From: Eledone cirrhosa
Lineage: Eukaryota
Direction of reading: 5' to 3'
Assembly (NCBI GenBank): GCA_964016885.1
Contig: OZ024747.1
Coordinates: forward strand, 4,216,001-4,280,000
DNA length: 64,000 bases
A model generated the notes under the pieces. The model did not search any database. It worked only from the letters and a program-made list of their open reading frames with translations, and was not told where the DNA came from. A program made the position numbers and the translations under genes. Shown in pieces: positions 32,552 through 46,729 of this stretch (the first letter of the stretch is position 1; each line of letters begins with the position of its first letter).

Positions 32552-34630
32552 ATATAGTTTGTTACTACAGTACAGTTGACTAGACTCTATAGTTCAGTAC
32601 AGTACAGTTGACTGTACTCTATAGTTTACTACAGTACAGTTGACTAGACTCTATAGTTCAGTACAGTACAGTTGACTGTACTCTATAGTTTACTACAGTA
32701 CAGTTGACTGTACTATATAGTTTACTACAGTACAGTTGACTGTACTATATAGTTCAGTACAGTACAGTTGACTGTACTCTATAGTTCAGTACAGTACAGT
32801 TGACTGTACTCTATAGTTTACTACAGTACAGTTGACTGTACTATATAGTTTACTACAGTACAGTTGACTAGACTCTATAGTTCAGTACAGTACAGTTGAC
32901 TAGACTCTATAGTTCAGTATAGTACAGTTGACTGTACTGTATAGTTCAGTACAGTACAGTTGACTGTACTATATAGTTCAGTACAGTACAGTTGACTGTA
33001 CTATATAGTTCAGTATAGTACAGTTGACTGTACTATATAGTTCAGTACAGTACAGTTGACTGTACTATATAGTTCAGTACAGTACAGTTGACTGTACTAT
33101 ATAGTTCAGTACAGTACAGTTGACTAGACTCTATAGTTCAGTACAGTACAGTTGACTAGACTCTATAGTTCAGTACAGTACAGTTGACTGTACTATATAG
33201 TTTACTACAGTACAGTTGACTGTACTCTATAGTTTACTACAGTACAGTTGACTGTACTATATAGTTCAGTATAGTACAGTTGACTGTACTATATAGTTCA
33301 GTACAGTACAGTTGACTGTACTATATAGTTTACTACAGTACAGTTGACTGTACTATATAGTTCAGTATAGTACAGTTGACTGTACTATATAGTTCAGTAT
33401 AGTACAGTTGACTGTAATCTATAGTTCAGTACAGTACAGTTGACTGTACTATATAGTTTACTACAGTACAGTTGACTGTACTATATAGTTCAGTACAGTA
33501 CAGTTGACTGTACTATATAGTTCAGTACAGTACAGTTGACTGTACTCTATAGTTTACTACAGTACAGTTGACTGTACTCTATAGTTTACTACAGTACAGT
33601 TGACTGTACTCTATAGTTCAGTACAGTACAGTTGACTGTACTCTATAGTTTACTACAGTACAGTTGACTGTACTGTATAGTTCAGTACAGTACAGTTGAC
33701 TGTACTATATAGTTTACTACAGTACAGTTGACTGTACTATATAGTTTACTACAGTACAGTTGACTGTACTCTATAGTTTACTACAGTACAGTTGACTGTA
33801 CTCTATAGTTTACTACAGTACAGTTGACTGTACTGTATAGTTCAGTACAGTACAGTTGACTGTACTATATAGTTTACTACAGTACAGTTGACTGTACTGT
33901 ATAGTTCAGTACAGTACAGTTGACTGTACTATATAGTTTACTACAGTACAGTACAGTTGACTGTACTATATAGTTTACTACAGTACAGTACAGTTGACTG
34001 TACTATATAGTTTACTACAGTACAGTTAACTGTACTATATAGTTCAGTACAGTACAGTTGACTGTACTATATAGTTTACTACAGTACAGTTAACTGTACT
34101 ATATAGTTCAGTACAGTACAGTTGACTGTACTATATAGTTCAGTATAGTACAGTTTACTGTACTATATAGTTTACTACAGTACAGTTGACTGTACTATAT
34201 AGTTTACTACAGTACAGTTGACTGTACTATATAGTTTACTACAGTACAGTTGACTGTACTCTATAGTTCAGTACAGTACAGTTGACTGTACTCTATAGTT
34301 CAGTACAGTACAGTACAGTTGACTGTACAATATAGTTTACTACAGTACAGTTGACTGTACTCTATAGTTCAGTACAGTACAGTTGACTGTACTCTATAGT
34401 TCAGTACAGTACAGTTGACTGTATTGTATAGTTCAGTACAGTACAGTTGACTGTACTATATAGTTCAGTACAGTACAGTTGACTGTACTATATAGTTTAC
34501 TACAGTACAGTTGACTGTACTATATAGTTCAGTACAGTTGACTGTACTATATAGTTTACTACAGTACAGTTGACTGTATTGTATAGTTCAGTACAGTACA
34601 CTGTAGTATATAGTTCAGTACAGTGTACTG
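32552..34630. repeat. Minisatellite, 32-bp unit (tactctatagttcagtacagtacagttgactg) with internal palindromes
   Basis: Tandem units with a few alternating variants. Confidence 0.97.
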
Positions 34631-34749
34631 CGGTTTGGTGTAATATCGTTTCATAGTAAAACAAAGCCATGCACCAGTTAGTCCTAGAAATGTAGTGAAG
34701 CGAGATTTTGAAATTTCATTCAAGTGAATAATAATCTGAATGGGGGAGG

Positions 34750-35300
34750 ACACAGACACATGCATACTCACATACACATGCATACTCACATACACACATA
34801 CGCACACATACACACACACATACACACATGCACACACACATACACACATGCACACACATGCACACACACACATACACACATGCACACAGAGACACATATA
34901 TATGAATACTCACATACACACATACACACACACACATACACACAGACACACAGATACATGCATACAGACACACACACACGCACATGCATACACATGCATG
35001 CATACATACACACACATGCATACTCAGGCACATGCACACGCACGCACACACACACACTCTCACATATACTTACACACTATGTGCACATATATGCCCACAG
35101 GCAGATATACACACACACATATTCATGCATATATACGCATAGATATACACACACAAATGCAGACACATACACACACGGACATGTGTACACACACGTTACA
35201 TATATATGCAGACATACTCACACAATTGCTACATACAAACACATATGCATACACACGCACACTCGCATATACACATGCACATACAGACACACACACATTC
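34750..35300. repeat. Degenerate (CA)n tract
   Basis: Direct inspection. Confidence 0.9.
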
Positions 35301-35524
35301 ACAGAAGGAAACAAGACAAGAGCCCCCACCCTACTCTCTCTGCCAAAAAGACCAAAACAAACCCCTCCCCCACACACAATATATAAATTAATAACATAAC
35401 AACAGCATTATCAATAAACAGCCAAACAATGAGGGCGTCCTCTATGTGGTCTTTCAAATTGCTAGAAATAGAAGTACAGCCAACAATCATCCCCACCCTA
35501 ACACCATCACCATTAAATAAAAAT

Positions 35525-35636
35525 AGAGTTTCTACTTTTGGCACAAGACCAGCGAATACCCCAGTGCATCACTGGTACTTTATTTTATCGACCTCGTAAT
35601 GTCTGACGCTCTACCGATACTGCCAATCCACCGCCC
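35525..35636 (-). mobile_element. SINE family A, internally deleted
   Basis: Head and tail joined, middle missing. Confidence 0.75.
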
Positions 35637-35960
35637 TAAATAAAAATAAAGGTACGTGGCTTAGTGATTAGAGGTTTGAGATTGACAATGATAAGTCTGC
35701 AAGTTTGATTCCTGGATGTCTTTGAGCATGTTATTCTTTCTTCCAGGAGATGTAACCAACAGAAACATGCTTTCTTTGGTCCAATTGGACAAAGTCCACC
35801 CCACTTGATAAATGAATGAAGTTTGATCTTGTTGATTGATTGGAAGACAAACTCCTTTAAAAAGGGTGAAAACTCATGGTAGACCAACATGCAAGTGATG
35901 TCTAGCAAGATGGTCATAACGGGAATACCTTTGATTATAGGTCTGTTCATTGTGAGCAGG

Positions 35961-36405
35961 GGAGGTGCATAGCCTAGTGGTAAGGGTGTTGGACTTATGA
36001 TCATAATTGTTTCTACTTGTGGCACACGGCCAGCAATTATTCCAGTGTATTACTGGTACTTAGTTTATCGACCCCGTAAATATGAAAGGCAAAGTTAACC
36101 CCGGCGGGATTTGAACTCAGACCGTAAAAGACCGTAACTCTATTCTGCAAAGACTTATAATCTTAATGATATGAGTTTGATTCCTCGACCAGGTTGTATG
36201 TTGTGTTCTTGAGCAAGACACTTCATTTCACATTGCCCCAGTATACTCAGCTAAAAATAAGTATCAGCAGCAATAGTTGGGAGTTTAACCATGTGAGGGA
36301 CTGGCATCCTGTCCAGGGGGGAGTCTTGAATATTCAGTCGCTTCACAACAAGGAGATCGAGATAAACACCAGCCTGATGAGCCTCCAAACTCGAGACAAA
36401 CTTTA
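35961..36405 (+). mobile_element. Older SINE B-like element interrupted by a SINE A insertion (36003-36142, minus strand)
   Basis: Head ggaggtgcatagcctagtgg resumes after the insert; imperfect TSD gacttatgatcataat/gacttataatcttaat. Confidence 0.75.
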
Positions 36406-36494
36406 GACTTTAGAGATAGGGGTTGATATAATAAAGTTTCCCTTCTCTCAAAATTGCTGGTTTTATGCCTAAATTATAAATCATTATTTAATGG

Positions 36495-36800
36495 TCTGAG
36501 TTCAAATCTCGCCGAGGTTAACTTTGCCTTTCATCCTTACGGGGTCGATAAAATAAAGTACCAGTAGTACACTGAGATAATTGCTGACCTTGTGCCAAAA
36601 GTAGAAACAATTATTTAAGGGCAGTGGATTTTCAAAGTCAATAGAATTTCAGACAAATGCTTAGCAGTGTTTGTTCTCATTCTTCACATTCTGAGTTCAA
36701 ATCCTGCCAATGCCACCATTGTCTTTCATCCTTCCAAGGGTGATAAAATAAAGTACCAGTCCAATACTGGGATCAATATAATCAACTTTTCCTTCCCCTA
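36495..36800 (+). mobile_element. SINE family A 3' part followed by a diverged related copy
   Basis: tctgagttcaaatc...ctttcatcct...aaaataaagtaccagt occurs twice. Confidence 0.8.
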
Positions 36801-36979
36801 AATAGATAGACTTTATTTAGACTTTATTCTGGGCTGACAAGGGGCTAAACAAAACAACAGCACTACAGGGGAGGGGACATAAAAGACAGCCTATAAACAA
36901 CAGCATTAATGAAAAATCTAGTGATGTATTTTTTTTTTAGAGATTCTTTTGATGTCACCAGCAATGCAAAGATTATTTG

Positions 36980-38710
36980 CCACCACCACCACCACCATCA
37001 ACACTACCACCACCACCACCATCAACACTACCACCACCACCACCATCAACACTACCACCACCACCACCATCAACACTACCACCACCACCACCATCAACAC
37101 TACCACCACCACCACCATCAACACTACCACCACCACCATCAACACTACCACCACCACCATCAACACCACCACCATCAATACCACCACCACCATCAATACC
37201 ACCACCACCATTAACACCACCACTACCACCACCACCACCACCACCACCATCAACACTACCACCACCATCAACACCACCACCACCAACATCAACACTACCA
37301 CCACCAACATCAACACTACCACCACCACCATCAACACCACCATCAACACCACCACCACCATCAACACCACCACCACCACCACCATCAATGCCACCACCAC
37401 CATCAACACCACCAACACCACCACTGTTGAAACTTTTCTTAACACTACCACCACCAACACCATCAACACCACCATCAACACCACCACCATCAACACCACC
37501 ACCACCACCAACACCACCACCACCATCAACACCACCACCATCAACACCACCACCATCAACACCACCACCATCAACACCACCACCAACACCACCACCAACA
37601 CCACCAACACCACCACCAACACCACCAACACCACCATCAACACCACCATCAACACCACCATCAACACCACCACCACCATCACCACCACCACCATCAACAC
37701 CACCACCACCATCACCACCACCACCACCATCAACACCACCACCAACACCACCACCACCATCAACACCACCACCGCCAACATCAACACTACCACCACCACC
37801 ATCAACACTACCACCACCACCACCATCAACACTACCACCACCACCACCATCAACACTACCACCACCACCATCAACACTACCACCACCACCATCAACACCA
37901 CCACCACCACCCCCATCAATACCACCACCACCACCATCAACACCACCACCATCAATACCACCACCACCATCAATACCACCACCACCATTAACACCACCAC
38001 TACCACCACCACCACCACCACCACCACCACCAACACTACCACCACCACCATCAACACTACCACCACCATCAACACCACCACCACCAACATCAACACTACC
38101 ACCACCAACATCAACACTACCACCACCACCATCAACACCACCATCAACACCACCACCACCATCACCACCACCACCACCACCATCAACACCACCACCACCA
38201 CCACCATCAATGCCACCACCACCATCAACACCACCAACACCACCACTGTTGAAACTTTTCTTAACACTACCACCACCACCACCATCAACACCACCATCAA
38301 CACCACCATCAACACCACCACCATCAACACCACCACCACCATCAACACCACCACCATCAACACCACCACCATCATCACCACCACCATCAACACCACCAAC
38401 ACCACCACCAACACCACCAACACCACCACCAACACCACCAACACCACCACCAACACCACCAACACCACCATCAACACCACCATCAACACCACCACCACCA
38501 CCACCACCATCACCACCACCACCACCATCAACACCACCACCACCATCACCACCACCACCACCACCAACACCACCACCAACACCACCACCACCATCAACAC
38601 TACCACCATCAACACTACCACCACCACCATCAACACTACCACCACCACCATCAACACTACCACCACCACCATCAACACCACCAACACCACCACTGTTGAA
38701 ACTTTTCTTA
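36980..38710. repeat. (ACC/ATC/AAC) trinucleotide field with higher-order duplication
   Basis: Marker actgttgaaacttttctt occurs three times (~37423, ~38245, ~38692). Confidence 0.92.
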
Positions 38711-39634
38711 TTGCCCCACCCACTTTATTGCCCTACCCTCATTTCACTACCCCACCCCACCTCCGTCTATAATGAAGAATTAAATACTTCAGTGGTGACA
38801 AACGAAACTAAATGGGGCTGTTGTTGTTGTTGTTGTTGGTGGAGGTGGAGGTGATGGTGGTGATGGTGGTGATGGTGGTGATGTTGTAGTTTCTGTGGTT
38901 GTGGTTCTAGTGGTGGTGGTGGGGGGGGGGGGGGGGGTCTACAATGTATTTTAGGTTTCCAATCCCTTTTCTCAATACTAGTCATCAATATATGTATTTT
39001 CTGGGCTCCCAGGAAATTGCTGACCTCACTCCAATAGGGGTATGATGTACATCCTGCACCACCACCACCACCACCACCACAACCATCACAACCACGACAA
39101 CCAGCACCACCACAACCACCACCACCACCACAACCAACACCACAACCACCACCACAACCACCACCACAACCACCACTACCACCAGCACAACCACCACCAC
39201 TACCACTACCACCACTACCACCACTACCACCACTACCGCCACAACCGCCACCACAACCACTACCACCACAACCGCACCACCACTACCACCACCACCACCT
39301 CAACCGCCACCACTATCAACACAACTAATGGTGTTGGTGGTGTCATAATGTATTAGAGAGATGGGAGGTAATCAGATTGAAGAAGGAGGCTAAGTATAGT
39401 TGTACCAGAGCTGAGTATTACAAATTTAATTTTAGGACAAATCATAATAGGGGTGTGTGGGTGGGTTGTCCTTAGGGAACCAGCAATGGAGCCCTTTTTT
39501 CACCACTATCCATCACATGGTTCAAATCTTCTTGTTCAGTTCAGCTTAGTTGATTAAGGAGAATGGTCTCACTGCCTCTGCCCCAGCTTGGCCAAAACTG
39601 TAGCTGCTATAGTAACAACAACTGGCCAATATAG

Positions 39635-40346
39635 AAATATTTTTTCATGCTCAGAGTTGCTGAAGCATGGAACAAACTACCTGCATCAGTTATTAGCTGT
39701 CGAGACACTGCATCCTTTACAACCTCCATGGAACAAACTCCCTGCATCAGTTGTTAGCTGTCGAGGCACTGCATCCTTTAAAACCTCCATGGAACAAACT
39801 ACCTGCATCAGTTGTTAGCTGACGAGACACTGCATCCTTTAAAACCTCCATCGAACAAACTACCTGCATCAGTTGTTAGCTGTCGAGACACTGCATCCTT
39901 TAAAACCTCCATGGAACAAACTACCAGCATCAGTTGTTAGCTGTCGAGACACTGCATCCTTTAAAACCTCCATGGAACAAACTACCTGCATCAGTTGTTA
40001 GCTGACGAGACACTGCATCCTTTAAAACCTCCATGGAACAAACTACCTGCATCAGTTGTTAGCTGTCAAGACACTGCATCCTTTAAAACCGCCATTGAAC
40101 AAACTACCTGCATCAGTTGTTAGCTGTCAAAAAAACTGCATCCTTTAAAACCTCCAGGCTTCCTGAGATTCGCCAACACTACACCTAATATTCCCCCTCC
40201 ATACACATGCACACCTGTATATCATGACTCATACACTGTTCACTTCCCTGACATTTGTATATTATTCTATGTACCATGCATGTACCTTTGATGAGTTTTA
40301 GTGCACCTGAGCACTGTACACAATAATTTCATTATTATTATTATTA
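39635..40346 (+). mobile_element. 5'-truncated CR1-type LINE 3' end containing 8 tandem 61-bp copies
   Basis: Reads FFMLRVAEAWNKLPASVVSCRDTASFKTS..LPEIRQHY, matching the CR1/L2 ORF2 C-terminal 'RV...WN.LP..VV...SFK' motif; 3'UTR and (ATT)n tail follow. Confidence 0.8.
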
Positions 40347-41670
40347 AATCAACTAGAACTCTGATTCCAGAGAGGGGGAGAAAGAGAGAGAGGGGGAAGC
40401 ATCGAAGAGGAGTAGGGAAGAGAGTGGGAGGGTCAGAGAAGGAAAAAGAGAGAAATGAAATGTGATGAGGGACAAAGAAAAGAAAGATAGACAAAGAAAA
40501 GGAAGAGAGGCAGGAATAATTCCTCGTTAGTGTCTACTGAAGGGAAGCCCTGATATTCTAGAATATTCTAGTTTCTTTCCCACAACAAACACAATATGGT
40601 CTTATATTTGTAATAGGGTTTATCCAAGCAAATGGTAGATAAAATCTCCCTCTTGTAATATATAGACAATACAGATTGGACTGCATCTAATCTGGTCAAA
40701 GAAGCTTTATATTGGCAAAAACATACAAATTCATGAAGGAGACATGTAACTGATGGTGTGAATCACATGGTAAGATATCTCAGGAGACCTGGACAGTAGA
40801 ATGTCTTCAGAGAAGAAATACCCCTTAAGAAAGTATTTCAGCCCTTAACTTCTTAAACTCTAAATGTGCTGGGTCACATCCAGGTAATGACACCTGGGTT
40901 CCCTTCTACTGTCATTTAACCATTTGGAAACTGGAGACTTGTCATTTATTTAAACCAAATGGACATTTGTTGCCAGCATCTAGCTGGAACTTCTTTCCCT
41001 TGCCTCTACTTTCACACTTATATTTAAACGCTTTCTTGAATTGGAAAATAACATTGGAAGTTATGGTAGTGGTGAGACGTCAACATACAAACCACGACTG
41101 ACTCAGAGTTACTTCCCTTAGCATGAATTAAGATACAAACAAGATGCCTCTCATGTGGTATGGAGGTCGTTTTTGTTCCTCCTCAGTTTTGAGGACACTT
41201 ATTCCCTCAAGTTCTAGTTCTGTTTTCTGCCCTGTTACTAATAGTAAGTACATCATGTGCTATATATATGTACAAGTAGTGATATGGAATGAAACTGGGA
41301 AATGAGTTGAGCTGAAGACTTTGCTACAGCATTTCAAACATGTATTTACTTGTAATCTATACATAAATCATGTATTTAGCACAGATTAATAAAATACTTA
41401 ATGGGTAATTTGAAATGAAGCCTATGTTTCACATATGCCATGGATCTGTTGTTTGCTATGCAGAGACCTGATAATTGCTTCATTCCCACTCCCCCTTTTT
41501 ATCCTCCTCCGCCCCTACTTCTTCATCACTCCCCCTCCTCCCATCCCCCACCTCTTCCCTCCTCTTGACCCTCATCGTTCTCCTCCAGAGCAGAAAAAGG
41601 CAAAGTCTTTTAGAACTTAGGAGTTACTAAATGGACTTTACTAACAAGTGTCAATCTATACAACATTATT

Positions 41671-41920
41671 GACCCTTGCCAAACTGAGTTCAAATCTCAC
41701 CGAGGTTAACTTTGCCTTTCATCCTTACGGGGTCAATAAAATAAAGTACCAGTAATACACTGTGTAATTGCTGGCCTTGTGCCAAAAGTAGAAACAATTA
41801 TTTTCTCTGTCAAAGCCGAGGTTAACTTTGACTTTCATCCTTATGAGGTAGATAAAATAAAGTACCAGTAATGTATTGGGTAATTGCTGGCCTTGTGCCA
41901 AAAGTAGAAACAATTATTTT
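41671..41920 (+). mobile_element. Two tandem 5'-truncated SINE A copies
   Basis: Repeated ccgaggttaacttt...gtagaaacaattattttctc. Confidence 0.85.
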
Positions 41921-42165
41921 CTCAGTCAAACCAAACCAATGGCTAAATAAGTAATTCAAAGGAAAGCTATTATAAATTACACACATAGCAGTGTTATGTT
42001 TGTGTGATTAAGAAGTTTTCTTTGCATATAACATATTTCTGGGTTTGATCTCACTGCCTGGAACCATAAGCAAGTGGTTTCTGTTATAACATTGTCTTGA
42101 CCAATGCCTTGCAAGTGACATTTGATAGGCAGAATGTGTGCAAAGCCCCATCAAGTATATATATA

Positions 42166-42368
42166 TAGGAAAAAGTGTGACCCCGACGGCAGAGCTCAAG
42201 CCGTTTCGACGGCTATTTCTGGACTCAGAAGTCCAGAAATAGCCATCCAAACGGCTTGAGCTCTACCGTCGGGGTCATACTTTTTCCTATTTCTCACTCT
42301 ACTACCCTAAGTATTGAGTACTCTGGTGCGTTATGGTCCATTTGGTTCCTTACCACAATTCCTTTGTT
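42166..42368 (+). mobile_element. Fold-back element family F (hairpin 42166-42289)
   Basis: Inverted arms, shared 3' tail, TA flanks. Confidence 0.8.
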
Positions 42369-43361
42369 ATATATATATATATATATATAAGATTGTGTTA
42401 ATTTAACTAAATCAACCACTGACAATATCAGAAAGTAAAAATAACTGTTATAAACTTCACTTTTCTCTGATATTTTTCTCGAAGAAAAACTTTGTTTTTT
42501 ATGTATTGCTTCTAACTATTTCTGAAGTATATATAACTGTAATGAAAGAAGTAAATTATGAAATGTTGACTTATACCTCTTTATATATATATATATATAT
42601 AGATAGATAGATAGATATAAAATCTGCAGTTTCTTTTTTCTTTGTATTATTAGTTGGGGCAATTCAAAGGACATTCATTCAATGGTTTAGTTACAAAGTT
42701 TTCCATCACACATTCTGTGACCTTATCAGTAACTATTGTTTTTTTGCCCTCTTTGTCTCCACCTCATTTATTTACTTTGTTCCAACTACTCCATCTTTTT
42801 TCCCGTTCACTTTGTCTTTCTGCAGTGTATACTTATGTATATACATCATTCACATCTCTATGTTCTATGTCTGCCAATGCATACCTGTGTCTCTCTTCCT
42901 GTGTGAACTAATCTTGTTGTCATCAGTCACTAAGTCGTGGGGTTGTTACTATTTCATTCCTGCTTACTATTGAGTATTATGTTTAGTTTCTGCTATATGG
43001 GTGGCTTCTTTAATCTGCCTAAGTCTTATGTCAGCTTGGTTTATAGATAGAATCTTCAATTTAGCTTAACACATTAACAGAGCACTGCTGATTTTTTTTC
43101 ATCTTTAGATTCCTACGAATAATCCTTTCTCATACTCTAGACATTCCTCTATTGTCCCGCTTTGCATCTTATTTCTAGTTCTATAATTTATGTGTGAACT
43201 TACCTTGCAGACTATACAATAGTTCTTAAAAGGGTAAGTCTTACTGATTAGGAGTTTGAGAGAAAATACTTGGTTTTTCTACTAATTTGTTAGTTTCAGT
43301 TGATCTAAAGCCATTTTAAATCTATATACTTGTTCATCTCTGTGTATAACTCCCACAAACA

Positions 43362-43625
43362 TACCACTCTAGTATATTATATAGTCATACCACTCTAGTA
43401 TATTATATAGCCATACAACTCTAGTATATTATGTAGTGATACAACTCTAGTATATTATGTAGTCATACCACTCTAGTATATTATATAGTCATATGACTCT
43501 AGTATATTATATAGTCATATGACTCTAGTATATTATATAGTCATATGACTCTAGTATATTATATAGTCATATGACTCTAGTATATTAAGTAGTCATACAA
43601 CTCTAGTATATTATGTAGTCATACC
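43362..43625. repeat. Minisatellite, 26-bp unit (actctagtatattatatagtcatatg), ~10 copies
   Basis: Direct inspection. Confidence 0.93.
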
Positions 43626-43701
43626 ATGAATTAACCTTATCTACTGTCTTCCATATCCTCTCTATTCTCTTCAATTATTTATCCTATGTATGAGACATAC
43701 C

Positions 43702-44031
43702 CAGGGATGGATTTAATGGGGGGAAAAGAGGGCAATTGCAGTGGAGGGCCTCGCCAACAATGGTCGTAGCAATTTATTTGTGCCCTCAGCTGAGTTTTTT
43801 AGTTTTAGGTTGGTTAGAATTTTTGAATTTAATACCTGTATGTCTGACTTTTCAATTCCAATTACTTGCGCCAAGCAAACTGTGATATGTAAAATTGGGG
43901 AGTTTGCTGTGTATTCTAATTTTTTGTGTATGAGGGACCCTCCAAACCTGAAATACCCTGGGCCCCCCAAGGTCTAACCCCCCAAGGTCTAAATCCAGCT
44001 CTGGGTCCCCCAAGGTCTAAATCCAGCCCTG
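43702..44031. mobile_element. hAT-like MITE
   Basis: TIRs cagggatggattta / taaatccagccctg; right end duplicated; no matching 8-bp TSD. Confidence 0.65.
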
Positions 44032-44743
44032 GGCACGTCTTTGGATGAGACAGTGAGCCACTTGTTGTTCTGGGAGTTGATCTTCTGGTCTTAGCAGAAG
44101 TTTTTCTCGTCGGAGAAAAAACACAGCATGTCTGGCTCCAGTGGGTGTTTCAACTTATTGATCAGCTTCTTTGCGTGCTTTAGTCGCTTTTCTTGCATCA
44201 CCTTTGACAGAACTTGTCCTTTCCTCATCTTGTATTAAATGTAGCGAATGTCTTCATGTACCACCAGCCTAATGAGCTTTTCATCTACGCCTTTCTCCCT
44301 TGCAATGGCACGCATAAACTTACTTGGTTCATTGTTGATGATATCTTGAACTTCAGCGACGAACTCAGGCGTTAGATCGTCGATCATGTGTTTTCCTCTC
44401 TGATGTTGCTTCGTAGTTGAATCCTGAATCTTCCAATTCCTTTCTGACCTTTTCCACCATTCTCCTGCTGACGCTGAGAAAGTCTGAAATTTCCTTATTT
44501 GTCCTCCCGGCGCGGATTCCAAGAAGAACTTTGTGTCTCTTCCACAAATTTGGAGGTTCAAAATTATTCTGAAAATAAATAATGGAAATATAGTGACTGT
44601 TTTTATGAAGACGTCTAACTCATGCTAGCGTGGAAAACGGACGTTAAACGAAGATGATGATGATGAAGAGTGACAATGGAAGTAAAAAAAATTTGCATAA
44701 AATTAGCAGTTGAAAATTGCGAACAAATATCGTCCACACCCTG
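44032..44743 (-). pseudogene. Decayed Tc1/mariner (maT/DD37D-like) transposon, 5' half
   Basis: Frameshifted WKRHKVLLGIRAGRTNKEI...TPEFVAEVQDIINNEPSK..RAIARE..V....IR.VVHEDIRY..YKMRKGQ...LKHPLEPDMLCFFSDEK (first catalytic D); terminus TA|CAGGGTG at 44743; SINE tail inserted at ~44611-44667. Confidence 0.88.
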
Positions 44744-44768
44744 TATATATATATATATACATGTATAT

Positions 44769-44800
<32 letters not shown>

Positions 44801-45103
44801 ACATGCATAATATATATATATATATACATGCATATATATAGTTGCATCTAACTCACTTTCACCCCGCCCACTCTCTTTGTTAGTCTGTCTCTCTCTACAT
44901 AACCCCCCCCCTCCCTTCAATCACCTCACCCTCCCGTATACATGTGTGTGTGTATACTGCAGTCCCATATTAACGCTACTACTCAATGAAACATCCTTTA
45001 TTTATATATATACATATATATATATATTCAGGTTTGAGGTTCACCACTTATATATATATATAAATACATATATACATATATATATTTATATATATATATG
45101 TAT

Positions 45104-45164
<61 letters not shown>

Positions 45165-45212
45165 TATATGTATACATGTATATATATATACATATGTATA
45201 TATATATATATA

Positions 45213-45415
45213 TAGGAAAAAGTATGACCCCGACGGTAGAGCTCAAGCCGTTTTGACGGCTATTTCTGGACTCAGAGTCCAGAAATAGCCGTCCAAACGG
45301 CTTGAGCTCTACCGTCGGGGTCATACTTTTTTCCTATTACCCACTCTACTACCCTAAGTGTTGAGTACTCTGGCGCATTATGGTCCATCTGGTTCCTTAC
45401 CACAATTCCTTTGTT
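45213..45415 (+). mobile_element. Fold-back element family F (hairpin 45213-45336)
   Basis: As for the other family F copies. Confidence 0.8.
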
Positions 45416-45779
45416 ATATATATATATATATATATAAATATATACATGTATATGTATATATTTATATATGTTGCAAATTTCTTTATGTAATGCCTACAAC
45501 CAGTAGGACAGCTCTTACTCATTCTCTTTGCTTTCCTCCTCATCTTCCCCTCCCCCCTCCTCTCACCATAGAGATATGGAGCTATAATTAAAGTGAACAT
45601 GTCAAGTTGAACTTGTTCCATCCAGTCTCAGCCTCAACACACCAGTCGACCTTGCTATAGAAAACAAAACTGAAATCCATCTGGGAGGATTGATTCCATC
45701 TATATTCTTCATGGACATTCCCGCAATCACTGGATGTGAATGACCACTTCCGACTAACTATATATATATGTATATATAT

Positions 45780-45833
<54 letters not shown>

Positions 45834-45902
45834 GTGTGTGTATATATATATGTGTGTGTATATATATATATATGTGTGTATATATGTATCTATTTATATA
45901 TG

Positions 45903-45949
<47 letters not shown>

Positions 45950-46172
45950 GTGTGCGTATGTGTATGTGTGTGTGTGTATATATATGTGTGTGTGTGTATA
46001 TGTATACGTATATGTGTATGAATATGTATATATATATATATATATATATTGTATGTAGTTAGAGACAGAGACAGATAGATGGGAAGCAAGTTCTCAACCA
46101 AAACATTGATACACATATTTCCCACAACATAGAGCTGTAAACTGGATTGTTTCATTACATATATATATATTC

Positions 46173-46254
<82 letters not shown>

Positions 46255-46360
46255 ATCAAGGAGAGTGCAATTACTTGTATCTTTTATGAACATAGCACAG
46301 CAGAAAACTCATCGATTTCCAGAAATGGATGGGTTCTTTGTCTGACTATATATTTATATA

Positions 46361-46550
46361 TAATGAAGGAAGTGTGGTAAGGAACCAGGTGGACCATAAC
46401 GCACCAGAGTACTCAATACTTTGGGTAGTAGAGTTGGTAATAGGAAAAGTTTCAGGACCCCAACAGCAGAGCTCAAGCCGTTTCGACGGCTATTTCCAGA
46501 AATAGCTGTTGAAACGGCTTGAGCTCTGCCGTCAGGGTCCTGAATCTTTT

Positions 46551-46554
<4 letters not shown>
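46361..46554 (-). mobile_element. Fold-back element family F (hairpin 46441-46554)
   Basis: As for the other family F copies. Confidence 0.8.
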
Positions 46555-46588
<34 letters not shown>

Positions 46589-46729
46589 TGTAATTTAGTT
46601 ACTGATGGTTCACTAATGTGAGCACTAAATACTAATATTTGTGTCCAGCAGCTGATGTGGTATTCCATATTTGGTATTACATCATAGTCGGTATCCTTTA
46701 TAAGCTGAGTGTTAATAATAATAATAATG

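Noticed and set aside
36918-38854. ~600-aa Thr-, Pro- or Val-rich mucin-like ORFs
   Set aside because: Several frames are open at once because of the ACC repeat; no signal peptide or non-repetitive domain
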